Assembly (NCBI RefSeq): GCF_006345805.1
Contig: NC_043009.1
Location: 16,120,001-16,184,000 of the forward strand
Direction: 5' to 3'
DNA length: 64,000 nt
Source: Octopus sinensis
Lineage: Eukaryota
The notes under the pieces are model-generated. The model made no database searches. It was not told the DNA's origin and was given only the letters and a program-made list of their open reading frames with translations. Shown in pieces: positions 11,105 through 24,830 of the stretch. Position 1 is the first letter of the stretch, and every line of letters begins with the position of its first letter. The position numbers and the translations under genes were made by a program.

Positions 11105-13680
11105 TTTAGATGACTGCCCACACGGAGCCCATAGCGATAATGAGTATTTCTTTAAAGATTCCAACATTTGCCAAGTTTGAGAGTAGGATATTATGGTCAA
11201 CCCTGTCGAACGCTTTACTGAAGTCAATATATATGACATCAGAGTTCGAACCTGATCCCAAGGCTTTCAGTATATCTTCAATGTGGTGTAAGAACTGTGT
11301 TAGACAGTCGCTGCCACAGCAAAAGCCATGCTGATTTTCATTTAGGAGTTCGTGGGTCTCCAGGAAGTCAGGTATTCTTGATCTTAACACTCTTTCAAAC
11401 ACTTTAATGATGTGGCAGGTAAGTGAGCTTGGGCGATAGTTGACTGCGAGGGATCTGTTTCCCTGTTTGAAAACCGGGATGACAGACTGAGATAGAAGCT
11501 GTTTCGGTATATAAACTGAGTCTAAGGAATTTCTCCAGAGGTTGGTCAGAGGGACTGCAAGTTGGTGTTTACATTCCTTCAGGAGACTTGCGGGAATCTC
11601 TCAGGGCCTACAGCAGAATAGTATTTGACCTCATTTATTGCTGCTATGATGTCAGAAGCAGTGAAGGTTATGTCCGAGATTTTATGTTGGGAATCAACTT
11701 CGTTCGCTTCTCTTACGTCAATATCAGTGGGATCACTAAAGACAGAGCAGTATTGTTTCTGCAGTATTTCTGCCATTTCTTTAGCATCGTGTTGGGGAAT
11801 GCCGTTATAATCGATCAATGGTCCAATGGGTGAGACAGTGGTTCTATGCTTATTTTCATAAGAATAGAACACTTTTGGGCTCTATTTGATGTTTTTGATT
11901 ACCCACTGTTATTCCACAGCTCTTTGATTTTCAATGGAAGTTTTCATGTCGGTCTGCAGATGAAGTTTTTCCAACTCCAGCCTTTTCATTGTTGATGAAT
12001 GTGGATGATGTATGTGGGAATATTTTAATTGGTTGATTTTTTTTATTGAGTCTTTTTATGCGCCTGATGAGTGTTTTTCTCTTTTTAGGGATCCGGTTTC
12101 TGTTTGTGTTAGTGGATTTCGTAGGAGCGTGTTTTGAGAATGTATAGGTGACAATGTTCTCAAAGTGCTGTCATGCGGTCTCAATTTGAGTGGAACTGAG
12201 AGTAAAAGACCAGTCGATGAAAGACAGATCCTTTCTGATTGCTCCGCAGTCCACTTTGTAGCAGTTTATGTTATCAAAGGAGTGCCATGGAGTTGGATTG
12301 GCTTGTTTGGTTTTTATATGTCGGGAATTAAAATTGGAGAGTACCATGTCGTGGTCTGAGAGGAGAGTTTTTTCAACAGAAATACTGTGAACGGAGCTTA
12401 AGTTGTTGATTAATATTAGATCCAAGATCGTTTTATTCTGTCTTGTTGGTTCGAGCACTAGCTGGGTCAGGAAGAATTTATCCATTAGATTAAAGAGTAA
12501 TTCTGCTGCTGCTTTATCTGGTGTAGAGCATTTGCCTAACTTCAGAGTATTTTTGGGCCAGTTTATATGAGGGAGGTTTAAATCACCCATCACTAGTATG
12601 TTTCCGGAGTTGTATTTTTGAAGGAAGGACTTGATTTTGTTGAGGCACTCTTCAAAGCACTTTAGAGGTGCTTGGGGAGGCCTATAAAGACCAATAATGA
12701 CTATGACTTTGACCTTGTTGAATACTGATATAGATTCACAATAGTCATTGGAAAATATTCCTTGGCATCAACTGAAAAGGAGTCAGGGAGAAAGATGGCT
12801 GTTCCTCCTTTATTTCGGTCTGTGCGATCTGCACAAACGATGGTGAAATCTTTTATTTTCACCTCGGCATCCATATGCGTGTTGTTTATGTGAGTTTCAG
12901 TAAGGATAAAGAAAGGGAAGCAATGTGCCGTTTCGGCAAGCCAACTCTCTATATATGGGAGCTTCCATTTTATGCAGTGATTGATGGGTTGATACCACGT
13001 ACATTTAATAGGAATGTCGAGGTAAGGGTAGTGTGATGTTTGCATTGTTCTAAGTTATGTTTTATGTTGTTCAGTGGTAGCAATGAGAGTAGTTTTTGTA
13101 TGGAGCTGTTTATCTATGATTTTCTAGTTGGTAGTGGGTATGTGGTCCTTGTGATTTGCATAAATGCTTGGTGATAGCTCATTAGATCTCCTGGCTTAAG
13201 TCGGCCTGTCAGTAAAAAAGAGTTGCTTCTTTGGTTTGCCACTTGGTCAGAGGATACATAGTTCATGTTTATGTTATTTGGTATTTTGGTTTTTTCATGG
13301 TTCTGTCTACGTTGTTTGACTGTAGGAGGTGAAATGTGGTTGTATTTTGTTTTTGTTGTTGTCGTAGGTCTCCTCTGTTGCTATTTATATTTATTTTGCG
13401 ATCGTTTTGTGTCCTTCAGATGGTGGTGGTTGCATTCTGGGTTCAAGCACGTCCTTAGTGACAGAGAAGTTTGGCACAGTTTATGATGGAAGAAGGTGCA
13501 TCCATTGCCTTTTGTGCATCCATATTTGGGATCAGGACCATGGACTCTGTATTTACGACAGTATCTGGGGTGGATGAATACGTAGGAAGCGACCAGTAGG
13601 TGAAACTACATATCCATTCGCACGTATCACTGTCCGTATTCTCCGTCATTTAATGTCTCTTCTACAACGTATCGGAAGAA
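11105..13680 (-). mobile_element. CR1/L2-like LINE: ORF1 with CCCH fingers, APE endonuclease and N-terminal RT (frameshifted, 3' part missing)
   Basis: ORF1 CRKY...CTKGNGCTFFH-KLC...C...CNHHH. APE motifs ILTETH, MGDLNLPHINW, ILDLIL and LSDHDMV. RT motifs ENQHGF and YIDFSKAFDRVDH. Confidence 0.85.
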
Positions 13681-14484
13681 CATACATAAAATTGATAAAA
13701 CATTTAGCACAGTGAGAGAGATACTGGGACCGATGCCCATCGGTTTCCCAGTATCTAACGGATTCCAAAGAACGACACTGAATCAATGAGTAAATATATT
13801 GCCTGCTAATTTTCCCCATTTGCCTATAAATGATGCCACCTCAGCTCAGAATTATACTAAATATATGGATGATTTAGTATAAGTATCGGTGAATTTTGTA
13901 CAAATAAAAATCACTTTTATACAGGCAGCTGATCTTCAGGCGTTTAATACTGTAAATATGCAATATGCAACTGCAGACTGTTAGTGTGATGATACTGCCA
14001 CACATTGTACCGTTGCTTTATTTGTTTACGAAAGATTGTAGCATGATCAGTAATATCGATTCAATCAGTTTCAAGAATATAGTTAATTTTCCTTTCATAT
14101 ATTGTTATGTAAATGCCAATATATCTGATTGTAGGCCGTAAAATCTGCTTTGGAAGTAATTGAGAAAATGGCAATAGTCATCTGGCACCGTCACAGTCAT
14201 TTTCTGCTCTGTAGATTTATCAAATATCTAAACACTACATTCTCAGTCGCATTTAGTTGAATCGCCTTAGTCTGTTTACGTATTTGACATATCATTATTC
14301 AGCAATTAATTGTTTCTGCTATTGTCTTCTTAACATATGTCCCGAGAGATAAAATTCGATGTTTTGCTGTACTATGGTATAATTGTTATCTATGGCCAAA
14401 AAAAATCCTCTGTCATACGCTTAGCAGTGCAAATGTAATGCTGCACTGATGTACAGTGGCGCACGTGAATGTATGTGCATATAC

Positions 14485-14880
14485 TCTTTTACTTGCTTCA
14501 GTCATTTGACTGCGGCCATGCTGGAGCACCGCCTTTAGTCGAGCAAATCGACCCCGGGACTTATTCTTTGTAAGCCTAGTACTTATTCTATCGGTCTCTT
14601 TTGCCGAACTGCTCACTTACGGGGACATAAACACACCAGCATCGGTTGTCAAGCAATGCTCGGGGGACAAACACAGACACACAAACACACACATACATAT
14701 ATATATACATATATACGACAGGCTTCTTTCAGTTTCCGTCTACCAAATCCACTCACAAGGCATTGGTCGGCCCGGGGCTATAGCAGAAGACACTTGCCCA
14801 AGGTGCCACGCAGTGGAACTGAACCTGGAACCATGTGGTTGGTTAGCAAGCTACTTACCACACAGCCACTCCTGCGCCTA
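14485..14880 (-). mobile_element. tRNA-headed SINE family B with CORE-like central domain (OR-type octopus SINE-like)
   Basis: Minus strand aggagtggctgtgtggtaag (A box), ggttcagttcc (B box) and gcaccttgggcaagtgtcttct (CORE-like). Very similar to 42857-43285. Confidence 0.85.
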
Positions 14881-15072
14881 TATTCACAGCCACTCCTACG
14901 CCTATGTATGTGTTTTAAGTATGTCTGGTTATGTACATAGTGAGAAAGAGATGTACGCGTACACAGGCAAGCTCAGTCAAACATAAATACACAGACAAGG
15001 AACACTTGCACAAACACACACCGACACACAAACACATAGGTGGGCACGTATAGCTCTTGAATACCTGTTGTA

Positions 15073-15187
<115 letters not shown>

Positions 15188-15921
15188 TGTATGTATGTAT
15201 GTGTGAATGCATGTCTGTTTATTTGTGTATAAATACATACATTACTATGAATGACATTCAAGTCGTAGATGGCTAATGAGAGTTTTGAAATATCTTGTTG
15301 AACAACCTGTACAAAGCATTTTTTTATAGTGATTAAATGCTTGTGCTATATATTTGCTTCCTCTCCCAGTTTAAATGACATTGCTTGTACAGCTGCGCGA
15401 TCAAATATCGAAGTAATCGCAGTGCAACGGGAAATCAATTTCATTAAACAAGAACACCGGCACCACCCGGTCCAAACATTGAAGCTACGATCATTGGATC
15501 GTGAATGCAACTCTCCAACTACTAGGTCATACTTACATTCATATATATACATATATATACATATACAGACATACGTAGGTACTTACATGAATACATACAT
15601 ATATAGATACATATAGACATATATATACATGTATGCATATAAGCTTTTATGTATATATATATTGATAAAAATGGTAAGGCAACAAAAGAAAGAGACCTCG
15701 ATACTATGTAAATAGAGGAATTTATGAAGAGATGGCGGCGTGGATTTCCACTTCGGCATCCGAAACTCGGAGTTTTATCATGGCTACAGTATAATTGTCA
15801 CATATTACATTTACATATATATATATATATATGTATACCGAAATCTACCGGTAAATAACTGTTGGTTGTCGGAAAAAACCATCGAAAAAATTATTTATCC
15901 TTTTATTATATTATATATATA

Positions 15922-15967
<46 letters not shown>

Positions 15968-16384
15968 GTGAGGATATTATTGTATATAATAATAATCGTG
16001 GCTTAGCATGCGTAAAAATCCCGGAAAGGAAAAAATTCTAAGCCACTGATATTATAATAAATAATAATATCCTCACATATATTTACATAATTTTTATTCA
16101 CTTCGATAACCTTTTTAAATTTGCTGCAGCATTAAAAACGGTTATCGCACACATTGGTTGAGATGAAAAACTCTCCTGCCCTGGGGTAAGTAAGTCACGC
16201 TGTAGATGAACGAAGAGTATTTCTCAAAGTTCGAAATCACGCTGATACGGATATGTCTGACTTTTTTAATTTTCTATTATTTTCGTCATTGGTACGGAGA
16301 CTTGGGGTTTTTGTTAATTTGCCCGATTTCACCTTTGTCTTTAAGTGAAAACTTGTCGTTTGGTTATTTTGACTGATATGTGAG

Positions 16385-16616
16385 CGTACCGGACCTGGCA
16401 GAACCGTTAGCACGCCAGGGGAAATGCGTAGCCGTATTTCGTCTGCCGTTACGTTCTGAGTTCAAATTCTGCCGAGGTCGACTTTGCCTTTCATCCTTCC
16501 GGGATCGATACATTAAGTACCAGTTACGCAGTGGGGTCGATATATTCGACTTAATCCGTTTGTCTGTCCTCGTTTGTCCTCTCTGTGTTTAGCCCCTTGT
16601 GGGTAGTAAAGAAATT
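16385..16616 (+). mobile_element. tRNA-derived SINE family A
   Basis: ctggcagaaccgttagc...gagttcaaattctgccgaggtcgac, with the same body as 1869-2105. Confidence 0.85.
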
Positions 16617-17616
16617 GGCACTGCTTGTTAGGGATCTAGGACAATGCACTGTAAGGCATTTCGCCGTGGGACAATTGACTGTAGTACTATTCACCGTAAG
16701 ACAATTCATCGTACGACTAATTAAAAACAGTAGAACTATTTTTAACATTTCGAATTTGAAAAGAAAAGGGGCGAGCGATAAAAGAGCTAATGAAGGAACA
16801 TATATTGGACTGTTTCAGGTACGATTGACAACAGCTGAGGTCGAAAATAACCGCATACGACAGAGAAGACAGAAGGTTCGAGAGACACAATTGCAACAAA
16901 ATATAAGTCATGTATACATCTTTTTTTTTTTTTTTGTTAGTATACGTGTGTCTTAATTCGTAGATGCGTGTATGTGTGTTCGTTTATGTGTGGTATTTGT
17001 TAGGCAGTACACAAATTATGTGTGGAAATTTTGTGTGTGAATTGAAGTATGCGAGTATATGCGTGAAAGTGCCCATCTACTATAAGGGCGGAAGGGTAAT
17101 TTTCTTTCAATGTTAGGTTGCGCAATGACGATACTGTATGTATGGACTAGTACGTATGGATGTATGTGCATGTGTATACATCTGTGTGTTTGTGCCAGTG
17201 TGTTAGCTGTCTCAATGGGTGTTATGTAGTGATGTCATGAGAACATTGCATGGTGCGTGTATGCTTACATTTCTTTGTTGACGAGAGCGTGCGTCTTTAC
17301 CTGTTTTTGTCTTGTTAGTGTGGTTAATGTTCTGTCCTAATACGTGATATTTCATTCTTGTATATTCGTGGAATTCCTGTGTGGAGTGTGTATGTATCAC
17401 TGCGTGATTCGTGGAATTTGTGCGTTTGTGTGAGTCTGTATTTGTTTGAATGATTAAAAGGTATTGATCAGGCCGACATTGTGATAGACAACACGTACAC
17501 GACGTGTCGAGAAGTGTGATCAAAGTTTAAAGCACGATATTTTGAGACGGATTTTTTTGTTATTGCAATCCAGATGTGTGTGCACGCGTGGTGTGTGAGT
17601 CTGTGTGTGTGTGTGT

Positions 17617-17659
<43 letters not shown>

Positions 17660-17729
17660 TCTTTCAATCTGTGCGTGTGTAAGAGAGAGAATATCTGTGT
17701 GTTTTACTTGGTGAGTCTGCAGGCTGGGA

Positions 17730-19130
17730 CAGAGCCCATGACCACCGCCGTCCCTCCGAGACTGGTGACATTCATGTCATTAATGTTCTATTGAACTAGT
17801 CAACAATTTCAGGAAGCCATCATCTGGGAGAAAATTCCGTGGGGATGATATCCTGAGGATGAGGTATTATGCATAGGGGTTAGTGTGAGAGAATGATGGC
17901 TTGAACGCACCAAGGGTGACGATAGGTGAAGGGAAGAGTAGATAAGAGATGGATTTATAAGACTAACCAGATCTGAAGAGCAGGGCCAAAATATTAGCGA
18001 TAGAAGCATAGAGACGGGAGATAAAGACAACTGTACTCCAAAGACAAATTATTGGCCTTGCAGGTATTACGCGGCTGGGACAACTTCAACTAATTTTCGA
18101 ATGTGAATGAGAACTTCCAGATATTTCAGGCCTTGGTTGTTGCCTAAACAGCTGCTGCACAACTACGAGTGAACCACTCGAAACAATAGAAATAATGCTT
18201 TTGTTGCGTGACGGACTGACAGCTATAAGGATACTCACAGGCAGAGTTTTCGCTGTTTCTGAATAATCAAGACTGAAGCACGTGTACTGCCAGGTATAAG
18301 TGACATAAAGCTGGGGAAATTCCAACCAGTTAGCCGAACTTGGGTATTATGCGGGTATTTGAAAATATCCCACAGAGTGACGACTGTACCCTGCATAGTT
18401 ACGGGCAAGGCATAACACATGTTGCCAGGGATACGGCGAAGTCATAGGACTGCAGCTTGGTAGGATGTTAAAAGGTAGCAGAAGGGCTCAGCAGAGTCAA
18501 GAGTGCTTCTTACATTGATGCTGAGTGGAGAAACCCTCGAAGATCAACGGCCATGATCACCAAGCTCTATCTAGCGAGTAACTGCAGCGATGGCGAGAAA
18601 GAGTTATGGAAATCCGCAGAAGCAGACGACCTGATGTGGGATAAGTTCCGGAATAAGGCGGTGTGGCATAGTATGTGATTGTATGTTGAGCATTTGTGAT
18701 GAGGCGTGACAATATGACCCGATCGATGTAGTGACAGATTTGGTATAGTAGAGGTCAAGTTTTTAGATGAAGAAGAGGAATCAAGGATGATCGGGATGTC
18801 TATACAATGGTCTGGAATGCCAGGAGGAGATGCAATAACTCTTAATAATCACTTCCACATCAGACGTTTCACCGTGTGATGACTGAGAGAGCTATGAGGA
18901 ATTGTGACCCCTTACACTGGAAAGATTTCTTGGCAGTCTCCGGAGTTCGAGGCGCAAGAGGGAAGTGGATGTTTTTGTAGAAATGATTGAAACGGAAGCT
19001 GAGCAAGAGTAACTAAAAGTCGTTGATACTGAAATTCAGACAACTGAAGTGATAGAAAGTGAGAGTGGAGTGGAGTGCAAGATTCAAGTGCACATAAAGA
19101 GCTGAACAAAAGAAAAATAAAGAATTACGT
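17730..19130 (-). mobile_element. Highly degenerate retroelement remnant, probably an APE-type LINE ORF2
   Basis: Strand-biased composition. KLDLYYT...IGSYCH resembles the APE C-terminal LDL...GSSDH motif. Many stops; class uncertain. Confidence 0.4.
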
Positions 19131-19317
19131 TTACACCAGATATTTCGCTAAGAGACCGCAGTTCTGCTCCGTTACTACTGCACATCCTTATTGAGATGGA
19201 TGGTGAGAGCATCATTTTCGTTTATTTTTTGCTTATAGATTCTTTTACGAGTTTTTACCTTTGCACTTGCTTTACTTTTATAATCACCAACATAGCCATA
19301 TTTTCTCTTACTTTCGT

Positions 19318-19348
<31 letters not shown>

Positions 19349-19397
19349 TATATACATATATATACATATACATATACATATATATATATATATATTA

Positions 19398-19529
<132 letters not shown>

Positions 19530-20559
19530 TATACATATATATACATATACATATATATATACATATATATATATATACGCACACACTCACACGCATAGCT
19601 TCGGCTAAATGGCATCAATTCATGGAGTATGTCGTGGATAGTTTCATTATGTTCAGTCATGCAACATAATCATTTCCATTGAATCTGTAACACTCTGGGT
19701 TCAATATCTTGAATATTACTCATTGATTCAGAGCACGTGGTGTTAGGTGAATCGATTCCCGTTTAACAAAACAATAACGAACCAATGCCTGCACAAAACT
19801 GAGACTTATATCATTATTGTTATCTAACCGCCCGTGCTGCGTGTCATGTAAGGGAAGTTGTGAATGCATTACAACTTTGAACTTCTCACTCTAAGTCTTC
19901 GGTAAATTTACTTGATGTCAGAAAAACGAAGGTACATACATATACATACATATACATACACACACACACACGTACACACACTCATATATATTCTTCCACT
20001 TCATTAATAAATGGCTGACACTAGACCTCAGCATCCAAGGATAAAGAAGCCGAAATAATGTAATTATGCATTCTGTTCTCAACTTAGGAAAGAATTCAAT
20101 GCTGCCAGTACCTGCTGGGTTTCTTCACAGGTCCCACCTACAACAGTTGTATATATATACGGTTGTGGTGAAAATGAAAGTGAAACTTGTAGTTCGCTGG
20201 TTATTAGCAAGTCAGTAAACGAAGACGACGATGACGACGAAGGAGGATGTGGCAGCGGCGGTTGCGGTTATGACTACGGCATAACATGACGATGATAATG
20301 CAGATGGAGGTGGCGGTGATGAGTCCTACGGCGATTCTGAATCATAACAGTAGTATGTTCTAGATAAATCTTGATGACAATATTATTAGATGATGCCGAT
20401 CAACAACAACACAATGAGAATTATCACCATGGATATTCTAACCGTTTATCGTATCTTTTCTTTCGGACGTGTAAGAGAGCAACACTCAAAATTTTATTAA
20501 AGCTATTTCTTTTAAACGGGAGTACGTAATTTTTTAGATTTCGCTGCTATTTTTAGGTG

Positions 20560-20795
20560 TAACAGCCGCATAGAAACTGACACATTGGTTGCAATTATTC
20601 TATATTTTAGAGGATGTGGTGGCTTTCTATAAGTATTACCAGCTTACATTATTTACAATCGACGGATATTTTGTCCTCATCTTGTTTGTTGTTAACACAA
20701 CGTTTCTGCTGATATACACTCCAGCCTTCATCAGGTGTCATGGGGAAATTTCGAACCTGGGTTCTCATTCCTAAGGTATTTTTCGATGTTGTTGT
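20560..20795 (-). mobile_element. Penelope-like terminal-repeat fragment
   Basis: Homologous to 46270-46460 and carries a hammerhead motif at 20693-20740. Confidence 0.6.
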
Positions 20796-20809
20796 TATTA
20801 TTATTATTA

Positions 20810-20918
<109 letters not shown>

Positions 20919-20965
20919 GTCATCATCATCATCATCGTCATTATTATTTTGATTGTTGTTTTTAA

Positions 20966-21170
20966 GGCGGCATGCTAGCAGAATTGTTAGCACACCGAGC
21001 AAAATGCTTAGTAGCATTTCGTCCATCTGAGTTCGAATTCTGCCGAGGTTGATTTGCCTTTCATCTTTTCGGGGTCAAGAAAATAAGTACAAGCCAAGCA
21101 CTGGAAGTCGATATGATTGAGTAGCCTCCACCTCTACCCGCATTTTCAGGACTTATCTCTACAGTCGAAG
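20966..21170 (+). mobile_element. Diverged SINE family A copy
   Basis: ggcggcatgctagcagaa...gagttcgaattctgccgagg. Other diverged or partial copies lie at ~7380-7585(-), 8590-8930(-), 34990-35500(+), 36690-36910(-), 62585-62740(+) and 62980-63120(+). Confidence 0.7.
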
Positions 21171-23029
21171 AGCCTATTATGTTTTACTATGGAGCTGAAT
21201 TAGAATCAATCTTCCCTTTGCGAAGAATATTTCAAGATATGTACATAATATTATTTAAAAGGAAAAACACCTTTCTGCATCTGCAAGGTTTATTATTTGG
21301 TGAAGATCATATTCTGTTAGTGAGAAATGTTTAAAATAGAATACACTTGAATCTTTCCAATGAATTATCGTCAGATATTTCTGATGCTCTCTGAATGATT
21401 TCGCGTTTTATGATCCCCTCAAAGCAACACTAAATATGTTTTGACACACACTTTTTATTTCTCACTTGTCAGAGTGGATCGGACCACTTTACTTCCCAAA
21501 CATCTTAATAAAAGAGCCTAATATGTATAAATGTTTTCATAATGTCTTTCACTGTATGAAAGCTGCAATTGGCTGCTCACAATAGAGGATTCATTTGCCA
21601 ACAACAAAAGCCAATACTATTTGCCTCATGGGTGGAAACCATAATACTTAAGCAACAAAAGACGGTCTCTTCACACAGAAAGAAGTTTATGGGAACTAAA
21701 CTTTGTGGCCGTCGATTAATAAATGAAAATTAGCGTTATGATTCATCACATGCCTAGCAGCATCTAAATTACGTTTGATGATGCAACAAATGCCTTTATT
21801 TCAAGATGCTTTCAATTGTCAGTCGTTAATGAAAGCTATATTCTAGGCAGTCTAGTAATCTACAAAATGGGAGTAGCTTTACAATAAAAGGATGACACAG
21901 ACTTCCAAAATTTTGATGTTGACATCAATGATGTGCCATTATAGTGTCCTCTGATGCATTGTGTGCATGTGCTGGTATGTAATATCATGCTGATGTAAGT
22001 CTAGCCATAAATATGTGTCTGACAAAATGTATTAATGCATGACTACGATTGTGACGATGTGAAGGTGCTCTATTCTGTTATAAAATGTTATTGAAGAGAC
22101 ATTACTTGAAATGGTAATGGGTATTGACGAAACCAATGTAAAATTAAACGTTTTGTTTAGAATCTAGTTTATGTATAAAATTATAGCCAACAACATATAT
22201 TAACAGATAAACCATCATAATTCTCTATCTTTTGTACTGTATCATATTCTTGATGAGCTTTATATATATCCATATTACGCTTTTTATATGTATGAATTTG
22301 GGGACGAACCACATTGCAAACGCCATAAACACAAATAATCATTTCGCATTTTTCTTCTTTACAGAAATATCTAATTTATCTCAGCAAGATCATTTGTATA
22401 GTTATGAGCACATGCGACTTTCGCGTCTATTATTTTGTGTGTAGAATTTCAAATGTTAGGAGTTAGCCAATTTTGTTGAGTGAGTACACATACTCAACTA
22501 AGTTGAGTGTAGATATTCGGTGTAGTTTTGTAAATCAGTTTGTGTGTGTGCGTGAGTGCGTAAGTGCGTGAGTGCGTAAGTGCGTGCTTGTGGTGAGGAG
22601 TATGTCTGTGTGTTCGTGTATATGTAATATGAAATGTTTGTTGTGACTTCGTAGGGTGATTGTGTAAGGGTTGCAAGATTGTATGTGAATGTGTGTATGC
22701 ATGAACAAATGTATCTTTGTTAAATGTGGGGAGTAACTTAATGTGTATGTACCTTTCACTGCGCGTATTTTGTTGATGCGTGAATAGCATAAAACCCTTG
22801 CGTACACATGTGCGTGTAAATTTGTTGCGAGTGGCGAGTGTAGTAGAAAAATGTTGGTGCATGAGAATGGTGTGACTGGTAACTTGAGAGTGAAAGAGTT
22901 ATAAGTTCGGAGAGAGAATATAAATCGCTGCGCTCGGCAAAGCCTAGAGCATGCAGATCCGGTGTGTAAAACCAAGCTAAGCACAGATAGAGGATATTTT
23001 GAGTAGTCCATAGAGCAGAACTAGTAAGA

Positions 23030-23550
23030 GATACTACTCTGCCTGCCTAATATCCGTGGAGATGCTCCATGAACTGTTTAGTCAAACGGAAGCAGGTTTT
23101 TTTACATTTATAGTGCATTACAAACTGAAATACGGAAATTGCAGGGTGCTAATAGCAAGAAAGAAAGATGGTGCTGGTGGGGAATGGACGGGTATGGAAA
23201 CGTTGCCACGAAGAGGAGATGGATCAGGATTACTACGAAGAAGGAAAAAGCTAGTAGGCCACGGAGGATGTGGGCACGCTTGGAGACATAAAGGGGCGGG
23301 TTAATTCAGAGGTAGTAGTGTTCAGCAGTGTCAGAAAGGAAGGAGGTGGGAATGAGTAACATCATAGGGTGGAAAGACTGAATAACATCATAAAGTAGAG
23401 GAAGGGTGAGCAAAATCACTTGGAATACGGCGGGTGTTTGGTAAGAAGGCAAACAGTTTCACATCTTGCACTTGGTTAGGGTTAACAGTGCTAAATGAAT
23501 AGATGTACTGTGCCTCTGAGTTGTGTTCGCAGATGCACTGGCGGCAGAGC
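23030..23550 (-). mobile_element. Degenerate LINE 3' fragment (uncertain)
   Basis: Same C/T-rich minus-strand bias as 17.7-19.1 kb, with no intact motif. Confidence 0.3.
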
Positions 23551-23556
23551 CGGAGA

Positions 23557-23591
<35 letters not shown>

Positions 23592-23713
23592 CAAGATTGA
23601 TAGGTGCGCGTTAATAGCTGCAGCAGTGACACCTATCCCATTATGCCATTTTATTTTAATTGATATATACACACATACATATATACATACACACACACAC
23701 ACACACACACACT

Positions 23714-23767
<54 letters not shown>

Positions 23768-24229
23768 GCAACGTATATCAAGAAAAGTGTGTTAAAAAGA
23801 AAATCTATTGACAGCTTGCAAACTATAAATGCCAATAACTGATAAATGATATTACTTATGAAGAATAGCTGAGATAGAATTACGGAAATGTAAACAGTCT
23901 TCGACGAAAGAACATATTTAAACGGAGTTATTGATAAAATACCTCAACTGGTATATAAACATCTGTGCACGTACGTTTGTATGCACGTGTATATATATGT
24001 GCATGTGTATATGTTCTGGGTATTGATGGCATAGGCATTTTATAAGCTTTCGAGAGAAGGTGAATTCATTCCTTTTTGGAATATCTCGAATTACACATAT
24101 GAAGCTATAAATGTATCATGCAAATATTGGTTGGAAAAATCCTTTTGGATAGACGCTGTCGACTGTTTCAGTATTTTTCAAACAGTATTTTCTTAAGCTG
24201 CTAGAGCGTTTTCATCAACAATGCTTGAG

Positions 24230-24830
24230 ATGCATACTCAACATCAAGTGGCAAAGTCAAACATCTGACACAGAAGTTTTTGAAAAGGCAGGACGCACAA
24301 GCAGCCAGTTATTTATCCTATTTATCCGAATGCTTTCACAGGATCGTGCTGTGTGCATTTGGAGGATAATGGGGTTCTGAAATAGTTGTTCAGCGGTGAG
24401 CTGTGCAATAGAAAGGGTCCTGTGCACAAAATGCATAAAAGACAATCTGAAGTAACTGCAGAATGGTAGAAGCGTATTAGGCAAGAGGGGCGTCTTCAGC
24501 TCGAAAACATTCAGCGCAGGTGTCAGAGAACATAAAGCGTTGGAGGTATGAAAAGTGAGCCTGGTTATGTCAGCCAACCGAAATCCCTGAAAGATCAACT
24601 CTATGCAATGCCTTTCTCCTAGACCGAGGTATGTAGCGTGTGAAAATGCTTGCAAGGCGATTTCAAGTCTGAAGATATAATAGTTCGCAGTGATCATATC
24701 TAGCAACCTGGTTCGATCAATCCAGTGGAAATTACAACTTTCGTTTGTCATATATGCTTTAAAGCACATAGATTTGCAGTGGCACTGCATAAGCATCGGA
24801 GAGTTCATTGACGGAATATCTGAAATGTCA
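24230..24830 (+). mobile_element. Degenerate RTE-clade LINE 3' end with terminal C2H2 finger
   Basis: LFSGEL and CIKDNLK motifs, then FVCHICFKAHRFAVALHKHRRVH-stop at 24746-24811. Confidence 0.6.

Noticed and set aside
13720-13755. Short hairpin gatactggga-ccgatg/catcgg-tcccagtatc near the LINE 5' end
   Set aside because: Too short to assign a function; it could be part of an adjacent repeat.
15371-15525. Plus-strand exon candidate (LNDIACTAARSN...) after a good acceptor
   Set aside because: Weak donor, no partner exons and no recognisable peptide.
18050-18500. Possible Ty3/Gypsy RT motifs (SVGYFQIP, ILIA)
   Set aside because: The motifs are weak and in different frames. An APE-like motif upstream favours a LINE, so it is reported only as an uncertain retroelement.
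19750-19800. ttttgtgcag|G CAT TGG TTC as a candidate post-S2 exon
   Set aside because: It stops after 14 codons, with no Cys or M4.
21200-22480. Possible decayed MULE/FLYWCH-like transposase
   Set aside because: Only scattered Cys/His spacing with stops; not supportable without an HMM search.
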